Positions 31,234-40,606 of a stretch of DNA of 64,000 bases are shown piece by piece (position 1 is the stretch's first letter; every line of letters starts with the position of its first letter). Position numbers and translations under genes: made by a program. The notes below the pieces were generated by a model. The model had not been told where the DNA came from, did not search any database, and worked only from the letters and a program-made list of their open reading frames with translations. Source of the DNA: an uncultured Chloroflexia bacterium (GTDB lineage Bacteria; Chloroflexota; Limnocylindria; Limnocylindrales; CSP1-4); the NCBI GenBank assembly GCA_963820735.1, contig CAWGBA010000004.1, forward strand, positions 266,658 to 330,657, written 5' to 3'.

Positions 31234-32142
31234 TCAGTCGATGCCGGCGAAGAGGTCGTCCTCCGGGATGCGCACGGGAGTGGCGTACGAGACCTTCAGC
31301 GTGAAGTCTTCCGTCGGCTGGAAGCGGCGCCATTCCTCCGGCGTGAACGCCACGAAGAAGAAGTCCGGTGCGATCTGTGTGACGTGCTCCTTGAGGGCGT
31401 CGAGCTTGTCCTCGATCACGTCACCGATGTCGACCGACGTGGTCTTGGGACCGGTGGCCGCGGCCATCTTGCCCCACTGCTCCTGGCGCGCCTGCTTCTG
31501 CTCGTCTGTCTCGTCCGCGGGTGGATTCCAACGATTCTGGATGCCGCGCTCGGCCAGGACCTTGGCCATCTCCTCGCGGCGTGACATGTCGAAGATCGTT
31601 TCGTAGAGCTTCTTGGGTTGCCACTGGGAAAGCCCGCCACCGGCCAATTGCTCCGGGTACCACGCGGGATCACCGGCGCGTTCGAAGGCCAGCCTGCAAA
31701 CCCTGCCCGCGTTGATGTGGTCGGGGTGGCCGTAGCCACCGAAATCGTTGTAACCGACCATCACGTCGGGGCGCGTCTCGCGCACGATCTTCACCAGGCG
31801 CCCCGCCGCCTCGTCGATGTCGGCCTGCCAGAAGCTGGCCGCCGCCTCGTTCTCGGGCGTGCCCATCATCCCGGAGTCGACGTACCCGAGCTTTCGGCTC
31901 TCGACCGGCCCGAGCTTGGCGAGCGCACGGCGCAGCTCCTCGGCGCGCAGTTCGCCGAGCTTGGCGTGGTTCTCGGCGGTATCCATTTCGGGAACGACGA
32001 TCTCGCCGTGCTCACCGCCCGTGCAGGTGACACAGATCACGCGGTGGCCGGCGCGACTGTAGCGGGCCATCACGCCACCGGTGGAGATCGTTTCGTCGTC
32101 GGGGTGCGCGTGCACCGTCATGAGCGTGTGCGTTGGAGCCAT
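31234..32142 (-). CDS. PIG-L family deacetylase, Mca/MshB-like
   Basis: HAHPDDE, TCTGGEHGE, DSGMMG, GGYGHPDH, HVTQI, EDDLFAGI. Confidence 0.88.
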   Translation of the reverse strand: MAPTHTLMTVHAHPDDETISTGGVMARYSRAGHRVICVTCTGGEHGEIVVPEMDTAENHAKLGELRAEELRRALAKLGPVESRKLGYVDSGMMGTPENEAAASFWQADIDEAAGRLVKIVRETRPDVMVGYNDFGGYGHPDHINAGRVCRLAFERAGDPAWYPEQLAGGGLSQWQPKKLYETIFDMSRREEMAKVLAERGIQNRWNPPADETDEQKQARQEQWGKMAAATGPKTTSVDIGDVIEDKLDALKEHVTQIAPDFFFVAFTPEEWRRFQPTEDFTLKVSYATPVRIPEDDLFAGID

Positions 32143-32181
32143 GAGGCGATCATCGCCGATGCAGCGGGAGCGTGCGTTTCG

Positions 32182-33051
32182 TCAGCCGCGGCCGCCTGAT
32201 CGCGGAATGGACCAGCGATCGAAGTCGAGCTCGGGCGCCAGCTCGGCGAGTTGCTCGACCTCGACTGCGTAGGCGCTGGAGATCGCTCGGCGGATCGATG
32301 CTGGGATCGTGCTCCCTGGGTCGCGCGGCGGCGCCGGCGGCTGAAGCGTGGCCGCTGCGAGCGTCGCGTCCGTCGCCAGGCCAAGGTGCGCGAAGGTGCG
32401 CGCCAGCTGCCCGTCCGGGTCCGCGCGGCACGCCTCCTCCTGCAGCAGCAGCACCTGCCCGCGTGGATAGGCGCGGAGGAGCGCGCGCAGGTGCTCCGCA
32501 TGCAGGCCCCGCATGAACTGTCCGATCGCATCGCGTTCGTCCCACTGCCGCGGTTGCTCCGCCACTGCGCGTCCGAAAGCGGCCAGGAAACGTGGCAGCG
32601 GATCTGCGAGCAGCACCACGATCCGGGCATCCGGAGCGGCCCGAGCCAGCAGCGGGGTCACCCACATGTCGCCCAGGTACGTCGGCGTCCACTCGCCGGC
32701 GATCGAGCCATCCGGACGGGGAAACCAGCCCGCGTAGTCGACTGCCGGGGCGGATGGTGGGTCCGCGGTCCAGAAACGGTCGAACCAGTGCACCGACGCT
32801 GCCGCGCCGGGTGCGCGAGCCACGGCTGGGTGCCGCTCGATCTGCGCGTGCCACCACGCAGTGGCCGCCCCGGCCGTGCCGACGCCGACAAAGTCCGGAG
32901 CCGCAACCGTCCACCCGACGGGAACCGCAGGTCGCGGCGCGGGCTGGCGAGGCTTGGGAGCCGCCACGCGCCTGCCCGCCTGCACGGCGCGCTGCAGCCC
33001 TCGCCGGGTGCCGGCTCGAACCTTGGCTCCGATTGTCACGGACGATTCCAT
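32182..33051 (-). CDS. Sulfotransferase-like protein with degenerate PAPS motifs
   Basis: PDFVGVGTAGAATAWW, VHWFD, GEWTPTY, VLLADPLPRF. Confidence 0.7.
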   Translation of the reverse strand: MESSVTIGAKVRAGTRRGLQRAVQAGRRVAAPKPRQPAPRPAVPVGWTVAAPDFVGVGTAGAATAWWHAQIERHPAVARAPGAAASVHWFDRFWTADPPSAPAVDYAGWFPRPDGSIAGEWTPTYLGDMWVTPLLARAAPDARIVVLLADPLPRFLAAFGRAVAEQPRQWDERDAIGQFMRGLHAEHLRALLRAYPRGQVLLLQEEACRADPDGQLARTFAHLGLATDATLAAATLQPPAPPRDPGSTIPASIRRAISSAYAVEVEQLAELAPELDFDRWSIPRSGGRG

Positions 33052-33821
33052 AGGTCCAGGTCCAGCTCAGGAACGAGCCGGCCAAGGCGCTCGTTTTCGG
33101 GTGCGTACCGTTCGATCAGCACCTGTTCCTGGCGCCCCGTGAGCCGGAATGAACCAGCTTTCGACGCGTTCAGCGGCGTCGACGTGGCCGGCTCCGGCAG
33201 ACGTCCCGGGTCAAGGCCGATGAACCGAGCGGTCCGGTCAAGCTCGGCGCGCGTGTCCGCGACGCAACGCTCGTACTGCAGCACCAGCACCTGGCCGCGC
33301 GGGAAGACGTTCCACAGCCGCAGCAGCTGATCCGCGTAGAGGCCGCGCGCGAACGCGCCGCCGGCCGCCGCAGTCGCGTCCCAGCGGAGCGTCAGGCGGC
33401 CTTCCGTGAGCGCCATCGCGGAACGAAAGCGCGCGACTGGATTGCGCAAAAGCACAAGCAGTCGAGCCTGGGGTGCTGCGACCCTGAGCTGCTCCAGCGC
33501 CCACGGCTGCAGGATCGTCCCGGGCGTCCACTCCCCGGCGTACGAGCCCGCTGGTCGCGCAAAGAACCGTGCGTAGTCGGCAGCCGCAGCCTCGTCGAAT
33601 GATCCATCCCAGAACCGATCGAACCAGTGGATCTCCTTGGGTACGCCGGGCAGCCGAACCACGTCCGGATGCGAGTGGATCAGCGCGTCCCACCACGTCG
33701 TGCCAGAGCGCGCCGTCCCAATACCGACGAATTCGGGCGGCCGCGGCTCGTATCCGTCCGGTGCCGGTGGTGGCGCGCTACGCGGCCGCTCGAGGCGGCC
33801 ACCTCGAGCCGTGCGGACCAA
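33036..33821 (-). CDS. Sulfotransferase (start uncertain)
   Basis: PEFVGIGTARSGTTWW, KEIHWFD, GEWTP, LLRNPVARFRS, GLYADQL, VLQYE. Confidence 0.85.
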   Translation of the reverse strand: MVRTARGGRLERPRSAPPPAPDGYEPRPPEFVGIGTARSGTTWWDALIHSHPDVVRLPGVPKEIHWFDRFWDGSFDEAAAADYARFFARPAGSYAGEWTPGTILQPWALEQLRVAAPQARLLVLLRNPVARFRSAMALTEGRLTLRWDATAAAGGAFARGLYADQLLRLWNVFPRGQVLVLQYERCVADTRAELDRTARFIGLDPGRLPEPATSTPLNASKAGSFRLTGRQEQVLIERYAPENERLGRLVPELDLDLWNRP

Positions 33822-33899
33822 CCCGGCGAGCGCCGAGAGCCGGCTCGGTCGTGCGGTGACCGGCGTCTCGGGTTGCGGGTCGGGCGTCGCGGGACCCGT

Positions 33900-34586
33900 C
33901 TAGGAGCCGATCCGCCGAACCACGACCGAGCGCGCAAGCCGGTCATGCAACCCGCGGCCATGGCGTTCGATCAGGGCGCTGACCAGCAGGACCGCGTACC
34001 AGATCACCGGGAGGGTGATGGCGATGCCGGACGCGGTCGTCTGGTCGTCCTGCGTCGACGCGCCCAGCGCATACGACCACCAGATCCCGATGTCCGTGCT
34101 GGCGGTCAGGATCAACGCCGGCAGGAACAGCAACACCCAGCGGACGAGTGCGGCGCGACGTGAAAGGCGGCGGCCATCGGCATGTCGCACCGTCTGCAGT
34201 CCGGTGAGCATCTGACCCGGCGATGCCGTGTAGACGCGCCAGAAGCCGGCCAGGATCAGGGCCTGGATGAACGCGACGATGACGACCGGCAAGAAGAAGC
34301 CGATCCACGCGCCGACGAGCTGGTCGGGCGGCCCCGACCCGCTGAGGAGGAGCTTGCCGGCGAGGAAGCCGGCCGGCTGCAGCAGCACCGTGCCGGTGCT
34401 CTGGATCAGCAGCAGGTCGATGACGAAGGCGAGCGATCGGACCGCAAAGTCGGGGTACTCGACACCCGCAGCGGGAGCATCAGCCGATGGTGCGAAGACC
34501 TCCGCCGGCTCGGGCTCGAGGATCCAGCGCTCGGCATCGTGGTCTTGCGATCGGTTGCCCGACCCGCGCCCGGTGGTGACAGTCAT
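33900..34586 (-). CDS. RDD family membrane protein
   Basis: RSLAFVID, SPGQMLTGL, RGLHDRLARSVVV. Confidence 0.85.
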   Translation of the reverse strand: MTVTTGRGSGNRSQDHDAERWILEPEPAEVFAPSADAPAAGVEYPDFAVRSLAFVIDLLLIQSTGTVLLQPAGFLAGKLLLSGSGPPDQLVGAWIGFFLPVVIVAFIQALILAGFWRVYTASPGQMLTGLQTVRHADGRRLSRRAALVRWVLLFLPALILTASTDIGIWWSYALGASTQDDQTTASGIAITLPVIWYAVLLVSALIERHGRGLHDRLARSVVVRRIGS

Positions 34587-34622
34587 GGACCGGAGCGTAG
34601 CAGCGGCAGGACGAGGTCGCGG

Positions 34623-37600
34623 TCAGTTCCCGTTCGCGTATCCGGTCAGCTCGACGTACGCCTGGCCACCGAGCGGGGAGCCGTCATGCGACGCCGAGAC
34701 GCGCTGCGACCCTTCCCAGTAGATGACGCCGGTCGTTGGACGGGTGTCCAGCTCCTGCGCGGCCACGGTCGGCGTGAGATCGACAGCCAGTCCGTCGGTG
34801 AACGTCACGTGCCAGCCGGCAGGGTAGGTGGCACCGGTGTGCGGCGAGGTCCAGTGATCCGTCACCTCAACCGTGAACGCGTCACGATCGATGTGCTGCA
34901 CCTGGCCGTCGGGCGTCACCCGCGTCCCATAGACGAGCGGGTAGCTGCCATCGGCCGCCCGGACGAGCGAGAGCGTGATGTCCGTGCCGTCATCGAGGTT
35001 CATGGCGAACCAGTCCCAGCCGCCCCCACCGACGGCAATGAAGTCGCCCCACTGGTGGTCGAACCAGGCCTCGCCGGAGACCTCGAGCGGCTGGCCGTCG
35101 AGGGTGAGCGTGCCGGTCGCATCCATCCGCGTGCGCGAGTAGTAGTACGACCCGCCCGCGAGGCCGAAGCTCACGTAGCCGTCGCCGTCGTGGAGCGCGA
35201 CCGGACGGTTGCCTGCGTTCAGGGAGAGGTCGAGCCCGAAGCCGAGCGCGGAGCCTGCCGCGCCCGCCGCGCTTGGAGCGCCGTTGGGGGTTCCGCTCGC
35301 GGCCAGATGGTCGACGCCGTTCGCGCCCTCCATCGTCCACGGCGTCGCGCCGGTGTTCGGAAAGCCGGGGGAGACGTCGCCGACGATGGCGAGGTCGAAG
35401 CCGCCGCCGGCCGGCGAGTGATTCACCTCCGGCCCGATCTCCGATCGCTGGTCGTAGAGGAAGCGGTTGCCGTCTTCGTCGGTGATCGCGAAATGTGAGG
35501 CCCAGCTGACCGGCAGGTCGCCGCGCTCGGCGCGGAAGATCACCAGCTCGAAGCCGAACGTGCGTCCATCGGTTGAGCGCAGGTGGCCGGTGTCGTACCA
35601 CCACTCGGTCAGCCGGTCGTGCGGTCCATCGTCGCGCGGAAAGACGATCGGTTGCGGATCCGCGGCGATGCTCGCGGCGGCAGTTTGGGACGGCGTCGGA
35701 GCCGGGGCCTTCGTCGGGTTGGCCAGCACGAGCGCACCCGGTGTGCACGCGCCCAGAACGAGTACGGCGATAAGCCCCAGCGCGATGGTCCCGCTGACGA
35801 CCGGGAGCCGCGAGGCGACCCAGCGCTCGAGCCGCGCCGGCATCCACCAATTCCAGTGTCCCAGCAGCCGCATCGTCGCGGGCACCAGGAGCGCGCGCAC
35901 GACCGTCGCGTCGAGCGCGACCGCGATCGCGACACCAAGGCCGAGTGCCTTGATCAGCACGATCTCCGCACCCGCGAACGACGCCGCAACCAGCACCACG
36001 ATCATGGCCGCGCTGGTCACGATCCGACCGCTGCGTTCCAACCCGCGTGCCACCGCGATCCGGTTGTCGCCGGTCGCATCCCAAGCCTCTTTCATGCGCG
36101 TGAGGAGGAACACCTCGTAATCCATCGACAGGCCGAAGAGGACGCAGAAGAAGATCACGGGCAGGGTCGTCTCGACGAAGCCGAGTGGCTGGAACCCGAG
36201 CAGCGCGGACAGGTTGCCGTCCTGGAAGATCCAAACGAGCGCGCCGAAGCTGGCCAGGATCGAGAGCCCGTTCATGATCAGCGCCTTCGCCGGGAGGACC
36301 ACCGAGCGCAACAGCACGAACAGCGCCAGGTAGGTCGCGATCACGATGAAGAGCACCGAGCGAGGGAAGTCGGCGGCCATCTTGTCGACCGTGTCGACCA
36401 CTTGCGCGGCGCCGCCGGAGACTCCGACCGTGACGCCGGCGGGCGGCGCCAGCGACGACGTCGGATCGCGCAGGTCACGCACCAGCTGGCGTGCCTCGGG
36501 CGCATTCGGCCCGAACCAGGTCACCGCCGTGAAGGTCGTGAGGTTGCCGTCGGTCGTGCGCTTGAGCGCCTCTTCGACCGAGCGATCGCCCGGACCCGCG
36601 GGGTTGGCGAGCATCAGCTCGTACTGAGGCAGCGTGAGCCGGGGATCGATGTCGACGATGCTCTCGACCCGGTTGATCCGCGGGTCCGCTGCTAACTCGC
36701 GGGAATAGTCGTAGAGCTTCTCGACGTTGGCCGGCGTCGTGACCGGCCCGTCGGTCTGGACGGCAAGCAAGAGCGGCGCGAACTCGCCGGTCTGGAACTT
36801 GCCGGAGAGCGCGTCGTAGGCCACCTTCGAGGGCACATACGAGGGCAGGATCGTGTCGTCCGGCGCGTTGAAGCGGGCGTGCAGGAACGGCAGTCCAAGG
36901 AAGACGAGGAAGCCGAGCACCAGCACGAACACGCGCACCGGGTGGTCCATCACGCGGTTGGCCAGCCGCCACCAGGCACCCTGGCTGTCCGGTGCCTGTA
37001 CGCCGTGCGGCGTGCCGAACAGGCGCCGGGCGCGACGCGGCAGGAAGCGCCGCACGGCAAAGGAATCAAGACGCGGCCCGAGGATGGCCAGGATCGCCGG
37101 CAACAGCGTGAGCGCGCCACTGACCGCCAATGCCAGGACGATCGCGCCGGCGATGCCGACGGAGCGCAGCACCATGAACTCGAAGAGCATCAGCCCGACC
37201 AGGCCGAGCAGCACGGTCATCCCGCTGAAGAAGACGGCACGACCCGCCGTCGCGACCGTGGCGCCGATCGCGCTCTCGAGAAGTTCGCGCTCGCTGGCTC
37301 TGGTGCCTGGCACGGCCGGGATTCGGATCGCCGCGAGCTCGCCTCGCCACGACCATCTCCTCGCGGAAGCGGCTCGAGAGCAGCAGCGCGTAGTCGACGC
37401 CGAGTCCGAAGCCGAGCAGCGTGGCGAGGTTGAGCACGAAGATGCTCATCGGCGTGATCGAAGCAGCGATCGCGATCGCGGCAAGGGCGATGGCGACCGA
37501 CACGCCACCCACGACCACGGGCACACCGGCCGCGACGAAGCTACCGAAGACAACCAGGAGCGCGATAGCCGCCAGCGGGAGCGAGATCACCTCGCTGCGG

Positions 37601-38167
37601 CGCAGGTCTCCCTCGGAGACGACCTGGATGTCGCCGTAGAACGCCGGCCCACCCGCGATCCCGATGGTCAGCTCCGGCTGCGGCTGGATCGCCGCCTCGA
37701 CCGGCGCAACGGCGGCGGGCGAGTCGTCCGGGGCCAGATCGAGTGCCACCACCTCGTAGACCGTCGAGCCGTCAGCGCTGACCTGGCGGGGCTGCAGGCG
37801 ATGGGTGAGCAGGCCGACGACGTGCTGCGCATTGGGCACGTCCGCGATCGCTCGCACGGCTGCCGCCTCGAACGCAGGGTCACCGGCCTTGAGGCCATCG
37901 TTGCCCGTGGATCACGATCACCAGTGCTGATGGCGGCAAGCCGATGCGCTGCTCGAGCAGGTGCGTCGTCTGGGATGCCGGCAGTGTGTCGAGCGAGAAG
38001 CCGCCCGGTCGAAGCACGTCGGCGGCGCGCGGCGCGATCGGCAGGGCCAGCAGGAACAGCACGCCCCAGACGCTGACGACGATCCACGGTCGGCGGGCGC
38101 AGAAGCGACCCACGCGCTCGAAGATGCCCCGGCGCGGGCCAGCGGTCTCGGTAACGGGCACGGTCAA
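34623..38167 (-). CDS. MMPL transporter fused to a C-terminal AttH/CrtC lipocalin-like domain (5' frameshifts)
   Basis: GLGVDYAL, TAGRAVFFSG, FGLSMDYEVFL, LDATVVRALLVPA; then EWWY.TGHL, SYYYS, AWFDHQWG, GWDWF, YWEG, GQAYVELTGY. Confidence 0.85.
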
Positions 38168-38622
38168 ACCGCGCGAGCGGCCGCGGCAGCCTCAGCTGTC
38201 GGAACGATCTCGATCGATTCCTCGATCACCGTGTTGGGCCGGAACGTGCCGATCACCGAGCAGTAGCGATCCAGGCTGAGTCGCAGAACGCGGGTCAGCT
38301 CGACCTCGTCCACGCCCGTTCCGCTTGCGATGAAGTGCATCTTCACGACTTCGTACGCATGCGGCGGCTTGTCGGACTGGTGGCCATCCACTCGAACCTC
38401 GAGGCTGTCGAGCGGACGGCGGCGCTTGCGCAGGATCGAGATGACGTCCCATGCCGTGCACGCGCCTGCGGCCGCGAGCAGGAGCTCGGTCGGGCTGAAA
38501 CCCGTGTGCGGGGTGGTTTCGACCGCGTGCGGGGCGTTGATCAGGATCGAGTGGTCGATCGCTGTCCCGTCCCCGGTGAAGGTCTCGGTGGCGGGGTCCC
38601 AGCGGATCGTGACGGTGCGCAT
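38164..38622 (-). CDS. OsmC family protein
   Basis: PTELLLAAAGACT...DRYCSV; SD GGAGGA lies within the repeat upstream. Confidence 0.88.
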   Translation of the reverse strand: MRTVTIRWDPATETFTGDGTAIDHSILINAPHAVETTPHTGFSPTELLLAAAGACTAWDVISILRKRRRPLDSLEVRVDGHQSDKPPHAYEVVKMHFIASGTGVDEVELTRVLRLSLDRYCSVIGTFRPNTVIEESIEIVPTAEAAAAARAV

Positions 38623-38633
38623 CAAACGGATCT

Positions 38634-38721
38634 TCCTCCGCAACGCGGCGCTTCGCTTGCGCCGCTGCGCGCGAACCGGCTTGGGTCCCTGCGGAGTCGG
38701 CGGGCTCCAGCCGTGGCTTGC
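38634..38721. repeat. ~88-bp palindromic repeat, copy A
   Basis: About 70/88 identical to 39131-39217 by hand alignment; contains GCGAAGC on the - strand. Confidence 0.85.
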
Positions 38722-39125
38722 GATCGCGACTGGCCCATGAACACTTCGGAGGCTTCGTGCGGGCCGCCGGTCCGCTTCTACCGCGCGGCGGTTTCCAGAA
38801 GGTCGGTCTGCTCTATCGCAGCGAGTCCTGGAGCCTCGCGGCCAGGCGCCAATCCCTTGCGCCATGCGGTACCGCGTGCACAGATGGCAGGAAGCGAGCT
38901 CAACCTTAAGGTCGGCGCAGGACGCCCGCCGGTCACTTGGGAAGCGCGGTTCACGTTCGGGGCGAGCGTGGACGCTTGAGTAGGCGTCGACCCTTGCTCA
39001 AGGCACTGGCCCCGATTCGGTCGTTAGCCGCTTCTGTGCGCTTGGCGTACCCATGCAGGCGATAGGTCAGGCGACAAGCACGGTTCGAGTGGCAGAAGCG
39101 ACAGCCGAATGGCGACGACGCCAGG
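38722..39125 (-). ncRNA. Candidate large structured non-coding RNA (~400 nt)
   Basis: No ORF with host codon bias; consecutive long stems with G-U pairs on the - strand (A-C mismatches on +). Confidence 0.5.
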
Positions 39126-39130
39126 TCTTC

Positions 39131-39217
39131 TCCTCCGCAACGCCGCGCTGCGCTTGCGTTGCTGCGCGCGAAGAGCTTGAGTCCCGCCGTATCCGGCGGG
39201 CTTCGAGCGTCGCTTGC
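39131..39217. repeat. ~87-bp palindromic repeat, copy B
   Basis: Direct repeat of 38634-38721; GCGCAGC variant on the - strand; hairpin CCCGCCG-N4-CGGCGGG. Confidence 0.85.
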
Positions 39218-40401
39218 TACGGCACCCAGTAGCCCGTGAAGGCGAGCGTCGAGAAGAGTGCGAGCAGGACGACCGACGCGACCGGCCAGGCGCGCCGCCA
39301 GAAGAACGAGTTGCGCCCGGCGATCAGCCAGAAGATCGGGAACGCGGTGGTCACGTACCGGCCCACCGATTCGAGGTTGCCGCTCGCGAACACCGCGCCA
39401 AGGAACAGCACGGGAACGAGCACGTACTCGAGCCGCATGCGGTCGGTGCGCGCGTAGACCAACGGCCAGATCGAGAGGCAGAGGATCACCAGCTGCGTGA
39501 CCTGGATCGGTCCCAGCCCGGTGGCGAGCGATCCGCCCGTTTGCGCCGCCGTGCCGACGCCGCTTCGCCCCCACTGCGCCATGTTGTCCGCGTACGAGCC
39601 TCCCGCGCCCGTGAACCAGGCGACGCCCCCGAGGAACGCGACAACGGCGAGCGGTCCCAGGAGCAGCCATGCCTGACTGGGACGCGGCCGCCAGCCGTCC
39701 TGTCGCAGCAGGATCAGCCACAGGGGCAGCACGAAAATCGCGCCCTGGAGCCGGCACAGTGCGGCGAGCGCGAGAAGCACGCCAGTGAGCGCACGGCGAT
39801 CGCGCTCCGCAGCGACGAAGGCACCGAGCGCCAGCACGAGGAAGAGGCTCTCACCGTAGGCCATCGAGAAGACGAACGAGAACGGGCTCACGGCAAGCAG
39901 GAAGCAGGCGACCGCGGCGCGCTCCGCGCCGAGACGCGTCCGGCCCAGGACGAAGAGGAGTCCCAGTGCGACTGCGAAGAGCACGTTGGACGCGAGCACG
40001 GCAATGAGCCCGTCGGCGGCGGGGAACGGGATCGAAAGCGTGCGAAGGAGAGCCGGGAAGAGCGGCAGAAACGCGTAGTCGTGGTACGTGCCCTGAATTG
40101 CTGCGAGGTGGTAGCCATCGCGCGCGATGCCCAGGTACCACCACCCGTCCCAACTGGTGAGTGGGCGAAGCAGGAAGCCGAGGTCGCCGCTCGTGAGTTG
40201 CGGGTTCCGGGCCAAGCCGAGCTCGGACGCGAGCGCCGCCACGAGGACGACTGCCCGGCTCAGCACGAACCCAGCGACGACCAGCAGCGTCGAGCGGTCG
40301 AGTGATCGGAGTCCTTCGAAGGACAGCGCGCGACGGCGAACCGCGGCCTGACTGAGCGGGGTCACGCGCCAAGGGTGGTGCGACGGGGCACCAACGGCCA
40401 C
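39217..40401 (-). CDS. GT-C mannosyltransferase, PIG-V/Gpi18-like
   Basis: WDGWWYLGIARDGY, AFLPLFP, SMAYGESLFL, GRY; multi-TM. Confidence 0.85.
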   Translation of the reverse strand: MAVGAPSHHPWRVTPLSQAAVRRRALSFEGLRSLDRSTLLVVAGFVLSRAVVLVAALASELGLARNPQLTSGDLGFLLRPLTSWDGWWYLGIARDGYHLAAIQGTYHDYAFLPLFPALLRTLSIPFPAADGLIAVLASNVLFAVALGLLFVLGRTRLGAERAAVACFLLAVSPFSFVFSMAYGESLFLVLALGAFVAAERDRRALTGVLLALAALCRLQGAIFVLPLWLILLRQDGWRPRPSQAWLLLGPLAVVAFLGGVAWFTGAGGSYADNMAQWGRSGVGTAAQTGGSLATGLGPIQVTQLVILCLSIWPLVYARTDRMRLEYVLVPVLFLGAVFASGNLESVGRYVTTAFPIFWLIAGRNSFFWRRAWPVASVVLLALFSTLAFTGYWVP

Positions 40402-40428
40402 CCGCCCGGAGGTCCCAGTGCCGCGACG

Positions 40429-40593
40429 TCAGATGTTCTGGGCGATCGCCGACAGGATCGAGCTGATGTTGGTGCCCAGGAAGAGCAGCGCCACGATCGC
40501 AACGAGCACGATGAGCGCCAGGATCAGGGCGTATTCAGCCAGGCCCTGGCCATCCTGGGTCCCCCGCTGCGCCAGCGGCGCGCGGCCGTTCAT
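40429..40593 (-). CDS. flp: Flp family type IVb pilin (54 aa)
   Basis: Own translation MNGRAPLAQRGTQDGQGLAEYALILALIVLVAIVALLFLGTNISSILSAIAQNI; G-xxxxEY motif; below the ORF-track cutoff. Confidence 0.88.
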   Translation of the reverse strand: MNGRAPLAQRGTQDGQGLAEYALILALIVLVAIVALLFLGTNISSILSAIAQNI

Positions 40594-40606
40594 CGATCGA
40601 TGTGAC

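Noticed and set aside
38722-39125. RNase P, tmRNA, SRP, cobalamin riboswitch or the 80-aa ORF at 38737-38979
   Set aside because: No GAGGAAAGTCC, tRNA-like termini, SRP core or B12 box; the ORF lacks host codon bias.
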